Of a stretch of DNA of 64,000 nt, positions 10,403-21,726 are shown one piece after another. A program made the position numbers and the translations under genes. The stretch comes from Candidatus Omnitrophota bacterium (GTDB lineage: Bacteria > Omnitrophota > Gorgyraeia > JAHJTE01): assembly GCA_018830005.1 (NCBI GenBank), contig JAHJTE010000002.1, forward strand, positions 139,809 to 203,808, in the 5' to 3' direction. The notes under the pieces were generated by a model that was given only the letters and a program-made list of their open reading frames with translations, was not told the DNA's origin and searched no databases. Every line of letters begins with the position of its first letter. Position 1 is the stretch's first letter.

Positions 10403-11944
10403 TTATTCCCATTCAATAGTTGCCGGCGGCTTTGAACTTATGTCATAGACTACACGATTGACGCCTCTTATTTCATTGATAACTCGATTAGAGATTATTT
10501 CTAAAAGGCCTCTAGGTAGCCTTGCCCAGTCAGCTGTCATACCATCTCGGCTCGTAACAGCCCGGATTGCAACCACATTCTCATAAGAGCGTTTATCACC
10601 CATGACTCCCACTGTTTTTATCGGTAACAAAACTGCAAATGCCTGCCAGATAGCATCGTATTTACCAGCCTTTTTTATCTCTTCAATAACAATCGCATCA
10701 ACCTCTCTTAGAATCTCCAAGCGCGCCTCAGTTACCTCTCCGATTATACGCACAGCAAGCCCTGGTCCAGGAAACGGATGTCGATTAGCTATCGAGCCAG
10801 GTAATTCTAATACGTGTGCAATCTGCCTCACCTCATCCTTGAATAATTCTCTTAAAGGCTCTATAAGTTTTAGCTTTAAATTCTTAGGCAGGCCTCCCAC
10901 ATTGTGATGGCTTTTTATTTTGGCACTGGGAGATCCAGTGCTTGAGACTGACTCTATAACGTCTGGATAAAGCGTGCCTTGTGCGAGAAATTTTGCATCC
11001 TTAAATTTACGCGCCTCTTCTTTAAATACGTTTATAAATTCGCGTCCGATAATTATGCGTTTCTTCTCTGGGTCAGTAACCCTCCTCAGCTTGCTTAAGA
11101 AACGTTTTCTGGCGTCTACAAAATCAATGTCCAGATTAAGGTTATCCGCGAATGTCTCTTTTAGCCTTTTTGCTTCATCTTTTCTCAGGAGACCATTATC
11201 AACAAAAATACACTTTGACTGTCTAGAACAGGCCTTATGTAAAAGTATAGCCAATACAGAAGAATCAACCCCGCCTGAGAGCCCACAGATAACCTCACCC
11301 TTACCAACCTTGTTTCTGATATTGGAAATTGTCTCTTTAACAAACGACTCTATCTGCCAAGTGCCTTTACATTTACAAATTTTAAATAAAAAATTAGCTA
11401 ATATATTATTACCCAAAGGAGTATGGACAACCTCAGGATGAAACTGAACGCCATAAATCCTTTTTTTAGCATTGGCAATACTGGCAAAAGTACTATTCCT
11501 ACTATGGGCAATCGCACTAAAGTTTACAGGCGCTTTCTTTAGACAATCTCCGTGGCTCATCCAGCAGGAAATCTTCTTTGGCAAAGACTTAAATAAATCA
11601 CCCCTGCTTTTTATAAGAAGATTTGCCTTCCCGTATTCGCGCCTCCCACTACGCCCTACCTCTCCACCCAATAAATAAGCCATTAATTGCATTCCGTAAC
11701 AAATCCCTAAGATAGGAATGCCAAGATTAAAGATGCCTTTATGAGGTAAGGGGGCATTGCGATCATAAACGCTTGCCGGACCACCAGAGAGAATTATGCC
11801 TTTGGGTTTGAGTGCGCGAATGCGACTTGGACTAATGGAAAATGGAACAATCTGACTGTAGGCCTTTAGTTCACGGATGCGCCTTGCTATCAACTGAGTA
11901 TACTGAGAACCAAAGTCTAATATTAGGATAGTTTCGCGAGACAT
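10403..11944 (-). CDS. guaA: GMP synthase (glutamine-hydrolysing)
   Basis: GATase-1 N-terminal domain plus ATP-pyrophosphatase SGGVDSSV motif; C-terminal ...ATIEWE. Confidence 0.95.
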   Translation of the reverse strand: MSRETILILDFGSQYTQLIARRIRELKAYSQIVPFSISPSRIRALKPKGIILSGGPASVYDRNAPLPHKGIFNLGIPILGICYGMQLMAYLLGGEVGRSGRREYGKANLLIKSRGDLFKSLPKKISCWMSHGDCLKKAPVNFSAIAHSRNSTFASIANAKKRIYGVQFHPEVVHTPLGNNILANFLFKICKCKGTWQIESFVKETISNIRNKVGKGEVICGLSGGVDSSVLAILLHKACSRQSKCIFVDNGLLRKDEAKRLKETFADNLNLDIDFVDARKRFLSKLRRVTDPEKKRIIIGREFINVFKEEARKFKDAKFLAQGTLYPDVIESVSSTGSPSAKIKSHHNVGGLPKNLKLKLIEPLRELFKDEVRQIAHVLELPGSIANRHPFPGPGLAVRIIGEVTEARLEILREVDAIVIEEIKKAGKYDAIWQAFAVLLPIKTVGVMGDKRSYENVVAIRAVTSRDGMTADWARLPRGLLEIISNRVINEIRGVNRVVYDISSKPPATIEWE

Positions 11945-11956
11945 TAAGGAAGTGAA

Positions 11957-13117
11957 TTATTTGCCCATTCCTACTCGTTGTACAGCCTGAAAGATTTTTC
12001 CCTCGGTCTGAATAGAAGGGGCAATAATTATTTCTACATCGTGCATCTGGCGAATTGTTGACACGCCAAGAGAGCCCATTGAAGTTGCTAAGGCACCCAT
12101 CAAATTCTGTGAGCCGTCATCGACTTTAGCCGGCCCGAAAAGAATCTCTTCTAAGGTTCCTACTGTCTTGACATTAATACGCGTACCGCGAGGAAGGTTA
12201 ACATGACTGGTTGCCATACCCCAATGAAAACCGCCTCCGGGAGCCTCTTTTGCCCTGGCAAAGGAAGAACCAATCATTACTGCATCCGAACCAGAGGCAA
12301 ACGCCTTGCATATATCCCCACCCGTATGCATACCACCGTCACATATTATAGGAACGTATCTGCCTGAACGTTTATAATAGTAATCCCTGGCAGCAGCTGC
12401 ATCAATTGTAGCTGTAACCTGAGGCACGCCAATACCAAGAACGCCGCGCGTAGTACAGGCTGCTCCAGGACCAATGCCAACAAGTACACCAGCAACACCA
12501 GTAGAAAGTAAATCTAACGTAACCTCATGGGTAACACAGTTGCCGACTAAAACCGGCACCTTCATGCCTTCTACAAACTTCTTTATATCTAAAGACTTGT
12601 ATGCCTTCGAAATATGTTTCGCTGTGGTAACCGTAGACTGAATTACAAAAAAATCAACTCCGGCTGAGGAGGCAATCTCTCCAAAACGCTTAGCATTCTG
12701 GGGAGTACAACTTACAATCACAGAAACCTTCTCTTCTTTTATCTGACCTATTCTTTTGGCAACCAACTTTTCTTTAATCGGCTCTTTATAAATTGACTGT
12801 ACTAATCTAGTTGCCTCTTCGTTTCCAGCCTTGGCTATTTTTCTTAAAACAAGGGCTGGCTTCTCGTAGCGAGTCTGTATGCCTTCGAGGTTTAAGACTG
12901 CAAGACCTCCTAATTTTCCCATTGTTACAGCAAAACGGACATCAACCACCCCATCCATTGCTGCAGCAATTATCGGTACCTTGAATGATTTATCTCCCAA
13001 CTTAAAACTGGTATCTACCTCAAGAGGATTCACAGTCACATTTCCCGGGACAAGCGCAACCTCATCAAAACCATAACAACGTCTTGCTCGCCTTCCTATG
13101 CCAACCCATTCTGCCAT
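11957..13117 (-). CDS. IMP dehydrogenase family protein lacking CBS subdomain (GuaB-related)
   Basis: TIM-barrel IMPDH motifs GIGPGAACTTRGVLGIGVPQ with the catalytic Cys. Only 386 aa, so no CBS pair. Adjacent to guaA. Confidence 0.7.
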   Translation of the reverse strand: MAEWVGIGRRARRCYGFDEVALVPGNVTVNPLEVDTSFKLGDKSFKVPIIAAAMDGVVDVRFAVTMGKLGGLAVLNLEGIQTRYEKPALVLRKIAKAGNEEATRLVQSIYKEPIKEKLVAKRIGQIKEEKVSVIVSCTPQNAKRFGEIASSAGVDFFVIQSTVTTAKHISKAYKSLDIKKFVEGMKVPVLVGNCVTHEVTLDLLSTGVAGVLVGIGPGAACTTRGVLGIGVPQVTATIDAAAARDYYYKRSGRYVPIICDGGMHTGGDICKAFASGSDAVMIGSSFARAKEAPGGGFHWGMATSHVNLPRGTRINVKTVGTLEEILFGPAKVDDGSQNLMGALATSMGSLGVSTIRQMHDVEIIIAPSIQTEGKIFQAVQRVGMGK

Positions 13118-13265
13118 GTTAAAAGCTCCATTTTTAACACAGGTAATCAGCTGTGTTTTTAGTTATAAATATAGGCTTTCTTGATGAATTAACATTCTAT
13201 CTAATCTTAATAACAATGTCAATTTAAAAAATAGATTTGATTAGGGTGCTAGAGTCATAAAATTT

Positions 13266-13312
13266 AAAAAAATAGGCAGGACAAACCACTCTATCCTGCC
13301 TATCTGTTTTTT
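13266..13312 (-). terminator. Rho-independent (bidirectional) terminator downstream of groEL
   Basis: Perfect 10-bp stem ATAGGCAGGA / TCCTGCCTAT with a 12-nt loop, flanked by an A-run on one side and a T-run on the other. Confidence 0.6.
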
Positions 13313-13340
13313 CTTGTGAGAGAATGCGCAAATTAGCTTA

Positions 13341-15017
<1,677 letters not shown>

Positions 15018-15308
15018 TTATTTTAGAATCGCAAATATATCCTCTTCTCGCATGATAAGAAGCTCTTGGCCATCTTTGGTAGTAACTTCTGTTCCGGAAT
15101 ATTTTCCATAAAGGACCTTATCGCCAACTTTAACCTCTAATTTTTGAAGAGTCCCTTCTTTGCCAATCTTTCCTTTTCCTACTGCAACTACTTTACCTTC
15201 TTGAGGCTTCTCTTTTGCGGTATCTGGTAGAACAATGCCGCCTTTTGTTTTAGTTTCAGCCTCTAATGATTTAACAACTACACGATCTCCTAATGGCTGA
15301 ATATTCAT
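15018..15308 (-). CDS. groS: Co-chaperonin GroES
   Basis: 96 aa; [13 protein letters not shown]... classic GroES. Confidence 0.95.
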   Translation of the reverse strand: MNIQPLGDRVVVKSLEAETKTKGGIVLPDTAKEKPQEGKVVAVGKGKIGKEGTLQKLEVKVGDKVLYGKYSGTEVTTKDGQELLIMREEDIFAILK

Positions 15309-15392
15309 ACAACAACCTCCTTCCTTTAAGTTAAATTATGTAACTTCTTCTGATACGTTAAGTTTCGTGCCTCTTGGAATCTATTTGTTTTT

Positions 15393-15419
15393 TTAGCACT
15401 CGATTTTTAAGAGTGCTAA
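15393..15419. promoter_or_regulatory. CIRCE operator (HrcA binding site) upstream of groES
   Basis: TTAGCACTC-gatttttaa-GAGTGCTAA is a perfect match to the CIRCE consensus inverted repeat. Confidence 0.85.
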
Positions 15420-15426
15420 GAAAGGT

Positions 15427-15454
15427 ATTCTACATTAAAGTAAAATTTTGTCAA
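15427..15454 (-). promoter_or_regulatory. Sigma-70-type promoter for groESL (TTGACA-16nt-TAGAAT on the minus strand)
   Basis: The reverse complement reads cTTGACAaaattttactttaatgTAGAATacc immediately upstream of CIRCE. Confidence 0.6.
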
Positions 15455-15488
15455 GAGTTTTTTTAAAAACCAAGGGTTAAGCGCAAGA

Positions 15489-16259
15489 TTATATCTGAGC
15501 TAACAAATTAAGGGCTTTCAAGGTTAGGTCTTCATCTACAATATCTATGCTTCCAGCCAGGAATCTACGAATGATCTTTATGTCACCGCCAGTTGCAGCT
15601 ACCTTAGCATTTTTGCCGATTTTTTTCTTCACCTCTTTAATCAGCTCCTTAATCATGCATGAAAAACCAAAGAACAATCCGCTATATATACTCTGGCTCG
15701 TTGTTCTTCCTATCAAAGGCAGTTTAGCTGGCTTTTTGCTTAAGCTTAAACTTGGAAGTAATGCTGTTTTTTGCGAAAGTGCCTCAAGACTTATCTTTAG
15801 ACCGGGTGTGATTATGCCGCCAAGATAGGCGCGGCCTTTAGAAACAGCTTCAATAGTAACAGCTGTTCCAAAGTCCAAGATTATGAGTGGCTGACCATAG
15901 AACCTTGCGGCAGCATAAGCAGTAACTAATCTATCCTGACCAACAGACTCGGGGTGTTTATATAAATTTTTTATTGGGACAATTAAATCTTCGCCGCAAA
16001 ATACAGGTTTAACTTTAAGGATTTTCCTTAACTCGAAGCTCAACACCTTATTCATATCCGGCACAACGCTACATATTATTATTGCATCTGGATGCGCCCC
16101 TAAATGCTTAAGACGCATAAGATGTCTTCTTAAAACAGGCCGGCTTGATCTGGTTGCAATACTAATTTTAGATTTTAATACAGATTTTCTAAATAGACCA
16201 ATACTAATATTGGTATTGCCTACGTCTATAGCTATTATCAGAGATTTTCTATTTTTCAA
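15489..16259 (-). CDS. coaX: Type III pantothenate kinase
   Basis: IAIDVGNTNISIGLF N-terminal ASKHA motif; about 256 aa. Confidence 0.85.
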   Translation of the reverse strand: MKNRKSLIIAIDVGNTNISIGLFRKSVLKSKISIATRSSRPVLRRHLMRLKHLGAHPDAIIICSVVPDMNKVLSFELRKILKVKPVFCGEDLIVPIKNLYKHPESVGQDRLVTAYAAARFYGQPLIILDFGTAVTIEAVSKGRAYLGGIITPGLKISLEALSQKTALLPSLSLSKKPAKLPLIGRTTSQSIYSGLFFGFSCMIKELIKEVKKKIGKNAKVAATGGDIKIIRRFLAGSIDIVDEDLTLKALNLLAQI

Positions 16260-18231
16260 TTTTAACCTTCTCCTTTCTTAAGCTAAGAAGTTTATCGCGA
16301 ATCTGAGCAGCACTTTCAAACTGCAAATTACGTGCTGCCAGTTCCATATCATGTTCAAGTTCAGCTATTATTATCTCCCTTTCAAATTCATGCGGAGTTA
16401 GATCTGTCTGCTCTCTGACCAATTCCCCTGCTTCATATTCCTTCTCAATGCCCTCTGAAATCGCCTTTTTTATTCCGCGCGGCGTTATCTTATTGCGACG
16501 ATTAAATTCTATCTGTTTTTTCCTTCTGCGATTGCATTCTGAAATTGCGGCCTTCATTGACCCGGTAATTCTATCTGCATACATAATAACAGTTCCGTTG
16601 ATATTACGCGCTGCCCTGCCTGCAGTCTGAATCAAAGAAGTCTCAGAACGCAGGAAACCTTCCTTGTCTGCATCAAGTATTGCTACTAAGGATACCTCTG
16701 GTAAATCCAGGCCTTCACGCAGGAGATTTATTCCCACAAGGCAATCAAACTTTTTCTTTCTTAAGTCCCTTAAAATCTGGCTACGACTAATTGTGTTGAT
16801 TTCAGAATGTAAATAAGTAACATTTATGCCTTCTTCTTTAAGATAGGTTGAAAGATCTTCTGCCATTCGTTTCGTAAGTGTTGTAATCAATACACGCTCT
16901 GATCTTTTGGCCCTTAAACCTATCTCCTTTATCAAATCATCCACCTGACCCCTAGTCTCTCTCAGGATAATCTCCGGATCAACGAGCCCGGTGGGCCTTA
17001 TAATCTGCTCAACTATTTTAGACTTACTTCTTTCAATCTCAAAGTTAGATGGCGTTGCCGATACATAAACTGTCTGATTGATTAAGGATAAAAATTCTTC
17101 AAACTTCAAAGGTCGGTTATCCAAACAGGAAGGCAAACGAAATCCATATTCAACAAGGGTTTGTTTTCTTGCTTTATCGCCTTCATACATACCTCTAATC
17201 TGAGGAACGGCAACATGTGATTCATCAATAATAAGAAGAAAATCCTTAGGAAAATAATCCACCAGACAATATGGTCTGCTGCCAGCAGGCCTTCCCGATA
17301 AATGCCGGGAGTAATTTTCAATTCCATGACAATACCCAACTTCCTTTAACATCTCCATATCATATTTAGTGCGGGTTGCCAACCGATGTGCCTCTAGAAT
17401 CCTGCCTTCTTTTTTTAAACCTTTGAGTCTTTCCTCTAATTCTTTATCTATAGAAATCAAGGCAGACTCTATTTGGTTTTCACCTACCATAAAATGTTTT
17501 GCAGGGTATAGTGATATCTTATCCAGTGTAGAAATCACCTTGGAATTAAGCACTTGGAATGTTGAAATAGAAAGAATCTCATCTGTGCCTAATTCTAATC
17601 TGTAGGCATCCTGCAAATAAGGCGCAAATATATCCAAATGCTGGCCTCTAATCCTGAATTTTCCTGGTCTAAAATCAAAATCACTACGTTCATATTGCAA
17701 ACTTACTAAATCCTGCATAATTTGCGTTCTATCCAGGTTCTGACCGACTTTAAACATCAAAGTTGAATCCTGATATTCCCTGGGTGAGCCTATATTATAA
17801 ATACATGAAACCGATGCTACTATCAAGCAATCGCGTCTGGCCATTAGAGAGCTCGTAGCTGAAAGACGCAGGCGATCTAAGCGCTCATTGATTGAGGCAT
17901 CCTTCTCTATATAGGTATCAGTAGCTGGAATATAGGCCTCTGGTTGATAGTAATCATAGTAACTGACAAAATACCCTACTGAATTTTGCGGAAAAAACCC
18001 CTTGAATTCAGTATAAAGCTGAGCAGCCAATGTCTTATTATGAGAAATAACCAATGCTGGTCGATTGATCTTCTCAATCAGATTGGCTAAGGTAAATGTT
18101 TTACCGCTTCCGGTTACTCCTAATAAAACCAAGGAATCAGCGCCTGCGGATATTTCTTTAAACAGAGAGTTAATAGCCTGGGGTTGGTCACCACAAGGCT
18201 TAAAATCAGAAACTAATTTGAATTTATCCAT
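16249..18231 (-). CDS. uvrB: Excinuclease ABC subunit B
   Basis: LGVTGSGKTFTLANLI Walker A, helicase motifs, C-terminal UVR domain (LEHDMELAARNLQFESAAQIRDKL). Confidence 0.95.
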   Translation of the reverse strand: MDKFKLVSDFKPCGDQPQAINSLFKEISAGADSLVLLGVTGSGKTFTLANLIEKINRPALVISHNKTLAAQLYTEFKGFFPQNSVGYFVSYYDYYQPEAYIPATDTYIEKDASINERLDRLRLSATSSLMARRDCLIVASVSCIYNIGSPREYQDSTLMFKVGQNLDRTQIMQDLVSLQYERSDFDFRPGKFRIRGQHLDIFAPYLQDAYRLELGTDEILSISTFQVLNSKVISTLDKISLYPAKHFMVGENQIESALISIDKELEERLKGLKKEGRILEAHRLATRTKYDMEMLKEVGYCHGIENYSRHLSGRPAGSRPYCLVDYFPKDFLLIIDESHVAVPQIRGMYEGDKARKQTLVEYGFRLPSCLDNRPLKFEEFLSLINQTVYVSATPSNFEIERSKSKIVEQIIRPTGLVDPEIILRETRGQVDDLIKEIGLRAKRSERVLITTLTKRMAEDLSTYLKEEGINVTYLHSEINTISRSQILRDLRKKKFDCLVGINLLREGLDLPEVSLVAILDADKEGFLRSETSLIQTAGRAARNINGTVIMYADRITGSMKAAISECNRRRKKQIEFNRRNKITPRGIKKAISEGIEKEYEAGELVREQTDLTPHEFEREIIIAELEHDMELAARNLQFESAAQIRDKLLSLRKEKVKIEK

Positions 18232-18239
18232 GGGTTAGA

Positions 18240-19091
18240 TTAAGCGATATCTAAACTAAAATCTATAGCTTTAGGCGAATGGGTAAGGCAACCAACGGAA
18301 ATGAAATCCACCCCAGTCTTTGCAATGGCATGCACATTCTGCAGAGAAACTCCACCCGAGGCCTCAAGTTTTGTTTTAGGGCTGAATCTTCTTTTCAAAA
18401 TCAGGCATGTTTTTAATTGCGCAAGGCTCATATTATCAAGCATTATAATATCTGGAGCAAAATGAATGATTTGAGAAAATTCCTTTATGTTCTCGATTTC
18501 TATCTCAATCTTGGTATTACTGGAGGTTTTAAGTTTAGCCTTCTTGATTATATCTTTAAGATTATGGCCTCTTAGGATCTTTTTATGATTATCCTTAATA
18601 ATAACTGAATCTGCAAGCGACATCCTATTTTTAATTCCGCCACCACAGCTAAAGGCATATTTCTCAAGCTGCCTCATAAGCGGAATTGTCTTTCGCGTAT
18701 CCATAATCTTTACTTTTGTGCCTCTGACCTTGTTTAGGAATTTAGCTGTTAAGGTTGCAATGCCACTCATGTGAGAGAGAAAATTAAGAGCTACTCTCTC
18801 TCCGGAAAGAATTGCCCTGGCATTGCCGCTTATCTTAGCTACGATACTGCCTTTGCCTATTGCAGCCCCATCCTTAAATCTACTAACAAATTTTAAATGA
18901 GGGTGAATCGCCTTAAAGACTGCCTTTGCTACTGCCAGGCCTGAAAGGATACAATCCTCTCGCGCAATAATCTGTGCATTGGCTTTCCTCTTGCGTCCGA
19001 TTAAGGCCTTTGTAGTAATATCAAAAGAGGCCTTATCCTCTCTTAATGCCTTAAGGACTATATCTTTAATCTTTGAATTATTTAAGTACAC
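18240..19091 (-). CDS. nadC: Nicotinate-nucleotide pyrophosphorylase (quinolinate phosphoribosyltransferase)
   Basis: QPRTase N- and C-domain pattern; 283 aa. Confidence 0.8.
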   Translation of the reverse strand: MYLNNSKIKDIVLKALREDKASFDITTKALIGRKRKANAQIIAREDCILSGLAVAKAVFKAIHPHLKFVSRFKDGAAIGKGSIVAKISGNARAILSGERVALNFLSHMSGIATLTAKFLNKVRGTKVKIMDTRKTIPLMRQLEKYAFSCGGGIKNRMSLADSVIIKDNHKKILRGHNLKDIIKKAKLKTSSNTKIEIEIENIKEFSQIIHFAPDIIMLDNMSLAQLKTCLILKRRFSPKTKLEASGGVSLQNVHAIAKTGVDFISVGCLTHSPKAIDFSLDIA

Positions 19092-21726
19092 GATGAATTT
19101 CTTTTAGCTTTTTTAGGCTATGTTGATAAACCTGCAGTTTATCTCTCTGGCGAGTTAGGACATCTTTGGGGGCCTTTGCTAAGAACTGTTTATTTTTTAA
19201 TTGGGAGGCGATATTCTCGCTATTTTTGGTTAATAGAGCAATGCGTTTTTCTATAGTTTTTAATCGGATTGCAGTATCACTAGCAGCAAAGGGTATATAA
19301 ATACTCAAGCCCCCCTCTACATCCGCTATTGCCTTTGGCGGCTTCTTGGCAGAAACTGCAAACTCACAAGACTTAGACTTTGTTAACTCCTTAAATCTAT
19401 GCTTCAGGCTTTCTAAAAAGGCAATATCCTTCTTAGAATCAGAGCTTACCAACACATCAATTAGGTCTGACTTATCAAGACCTAAGTCAGCACGTAAATC
19501 CCTTACCCTCTTGACCAAAGACATGAAAACAGCCATCTCGCTCTCCAGTCTAGAATCTATAAATTTAGTATTAACCTCAGGGTATGGTCCATACATTATT
19601 GAGACGTTATCAGCCTCAGCCTTGATCAGGGATGAAATCTCTTCAGTAATAAAAGGCATGAAAGGATGTAATAATTTTAAAAAGTCACTCATACAGTAAA
19701 TTAATACAGCCTTGGTTTGAAGACGACCCTTAGCTACATCATCCTTAGCAATTTCAATAAACCAATCACAAAATTCGTGCCAGAAAAATTCGTACAAAGA
19801 TTTAGCGCTCTCACTAAAATTATATTTTCCTAAATTGCTCCTGAGTCTAGCTATTGTGTGCTGCAATCTGCTCAAAATCCAGCGCTCAGCTAAATTTAAG
19901 TCTTTTAATTCAACTGCAGGCAGTTTGGATTCACCCATATTCATAAGGATGAATCTTGAGGCATTCCAGATTTTATTCGCAAAGTTCCTGCCCATTTGAA
20001 ACTTCTCTTTTGATAAAAATATGTCCTGGCCTGTAGCAGTAAAAGATGCCAAGCTGAAACGTAAAACATCAGCCCCGTATTCATTAATTACCTCTAAGGG
20101 GTCAATAATATTGCCTAAAGACTTGGACATCTTTTTTCCCTCGATATCACGCACTGTACCGTGGATATAGACGTCATTAAACGGGATATCCTTCATAAAT
20201 TCAAGCCCGGCCATAATCATCCTGGCAACCCAGAAGAATATTATCTCAGGTGCTGTAACCAAGCAATCTGTGGGATAAAAATATTTCAGATCTCTCAAGA
20301 CCTTTTTGCTTTGACTTGGCCAGCCAAAAGTAGCAAAAGACCAAAGCCAGGAAGAAAACCAGGTATCAAGGACATCTTCATCCTGTTTAAGATTTGTCGA
20401 CTTGCAAGAAAGGCAGGCCTTAGGATGCTCAATACTTGCCATTGGCTTACCCTTGCAATCCAGACAATACCATATCGGCAGTCTATGCCCCCACCAGATC
20501 TGGCGAGATATACACCAATCTCTGATATTCTCCATCCAGTTAAGATAGACCTTAGTCCAACGCTGGGGATAAAACTTTATCTTGCCTTTTTTCACCGCAA
20601 GAATAGCAGGTTTGGCCAGGGCCTTCATCTTAACAAACCATTGACGCGACAAATATGGTTCAATTATCGTATGACAACGATAACAATGACCAGCAGAAAG
20701 CTGATAATCCTCTATTTTTTCTAAAAGGCCTTCTGTTTTCAAATCTTCTAGAATCATCTGGCGCGCCTTAAATCTATCCAGGCCCTTGTATTTACCAGCG
20801 CGTTCATTCATTGATGCATCCGGATGCATGACATTTACAAACTCCAAGTTATGCCTCTTGCCTAATGACTCATCATTAGGATCATGGGCTGGAGTAACCT
20901 TTACTGCGCCTGTTCCAAATTCTTTATCTACAATACTGTCTGCAATAATCTTTATCTCTCTGTTGATCAGAGGCAGAATTAAAGTCTTGCCAATAAATTT
21001 GTTATAACGCTTATCTTTAGGATTCACTGCTACTGCCGTATCTCCCAACATCGTTTCAGGTCTAGTTGTGGCAACAATAATGAATTCATCAGGCCTATCC
21101 TGAAATGGATACTTTAAATAATAAAGATTGCCTTTTAATTCACTGTAGGGAGCCTCTTCATCTGAAAGGGCAGTAAGACAGCGCGGACACCAATTAATAA
21201 CCTTATCATCCTGATAGATTAAACCTTTATTCCAAAGTTTAATAAAGACCTCTTTCACAGCATAAGAATAATCTTCATCCATAGTAAAGCGCGTACGTGA
21301 CCAGTCACAGGAGGCGCCTATTTTTTTAAGTTGGTGTATTATCATCAAACCGTATTCCTCTTTCCACTTCCAGACCTCTCTTAAAAACTTTTCCCTGCCT
21401 AAATCCTGCCTTCTAAGCCCTTGCTTGGCTATTGCCTTTTCAACGACATTCTGGGTGGCAATTCCAGCATGATCTGTTCCTGGCATCCACAATGTTTCAT
21501 AGCCAGCCATTCTGGCAAATCTAATAAGGACATCTTGGTAGGTATTGTTTAAGGCATGGCCCATATGCAAGATGCCAGTAACATTAGGCGGTGGTATCAT
21601 AATAGTATAGGGACTCTTCCTGGAATTAATCTCAGCATGAAACAAACCTTGCCTCTGCCAGAAATCATACCATTTTTCTTCGATTTTTTCCGGATTATAG
21701 CGGGTAGGAATATCGGGGTTCATCAT
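19078..21726 (-). CDS. valS: Valyl-tRNA synthetase
   Basis: PPPNVTGILHMGHALN (HIGH) and KMSKSLGN motifs; 882 aa with C-terminal coiled coil. Confidence 0.95.
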   Translation of the reverse strand: MMNPDIPTRYNPEKIEEKWYDFWQRQGLFHAEINSRKSPYTIMIPPPNVTGILHMGHALNNTYQDVLIRFARMAGYETLWMPGTDHAGIATQNVVEKAIAKQGLRRQDLGREKFLREVWKWKEEYGLMIIHQLKKIGASCDWSRTRFTMDEDYSYAVKEVFIKLWNKGLIYQDDKVINWCPRCLTALSDEEAPYSELKGNLYYLKYPFQDRPDEFIIVATTRPETMLGDTAVAVNPKDKRYNKFIGKTLILPLINREIKIIADSIVDKEFGTGAVKVTPAHDPNDESLGKRHNLEFVNVMHPDASMNERAGKYKGLDRFKARQMILEDLKTEGLLEKIEDYQLSAGHCYRCHTIIEPYLSRQWFVKMKALAKPAILAVKKGKIKFYPQRWTKVYLNWMENIRDWCISRQIWWGHRLPIWYCLDCKGKPMASIEHPKACLSCKSTNLKQDEDVLDTWFSSWLWSFATFGWPSQSKKVLRDLKYFYPTDCLVTAPEIIFFWVARMIMAGLEFMKDIPFNDVYIHGTVRDIEGKKMSKSLGNIIDPLEVINEYGADVLRFSLASFTATGQDIFLSKEKFQMGRNFANKIWNASRFILMNMGESKLPAVELKDLNLAERWILSRLQHTIARLRSNLGKYNFSESAKSLYEFFWHEFCDWFIEIAKDDVAKGRLQTKAVLIYCMSDFLKLLHPFMPFITEEISSLIKAEADNVSIMYGPYPEVNTKFIDSRLESEMAVFMSLVKRVRDLRADLGLDKSDLIDVLVSSDSKKDIAFLESLKHRFKELTKSKSCEFAVSAKKPPKAIADVEGGLSIYIPFAASDTAIRLKTIEKRIALLTKNSENIASQLKNKQFLAKAPKDVLTRQRDKLQVYQHSLKKLKEIHRVLK

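Noticed and set aside
10974-11441. 155-aa plus-strand ORF, together with many other plus-strand ORFs of 60-190 aa (for example 20161..20724, 23409..23903, 31328..31891, 50958..51437, 60503..60802)
   Set aside because: All lie entirely inside well-supported minus-strand genes (guaA, valS, lysC, hom, ftsH, bactofilin). They are shadow ORFs on the opposite strand of highly conserved coding sequence.
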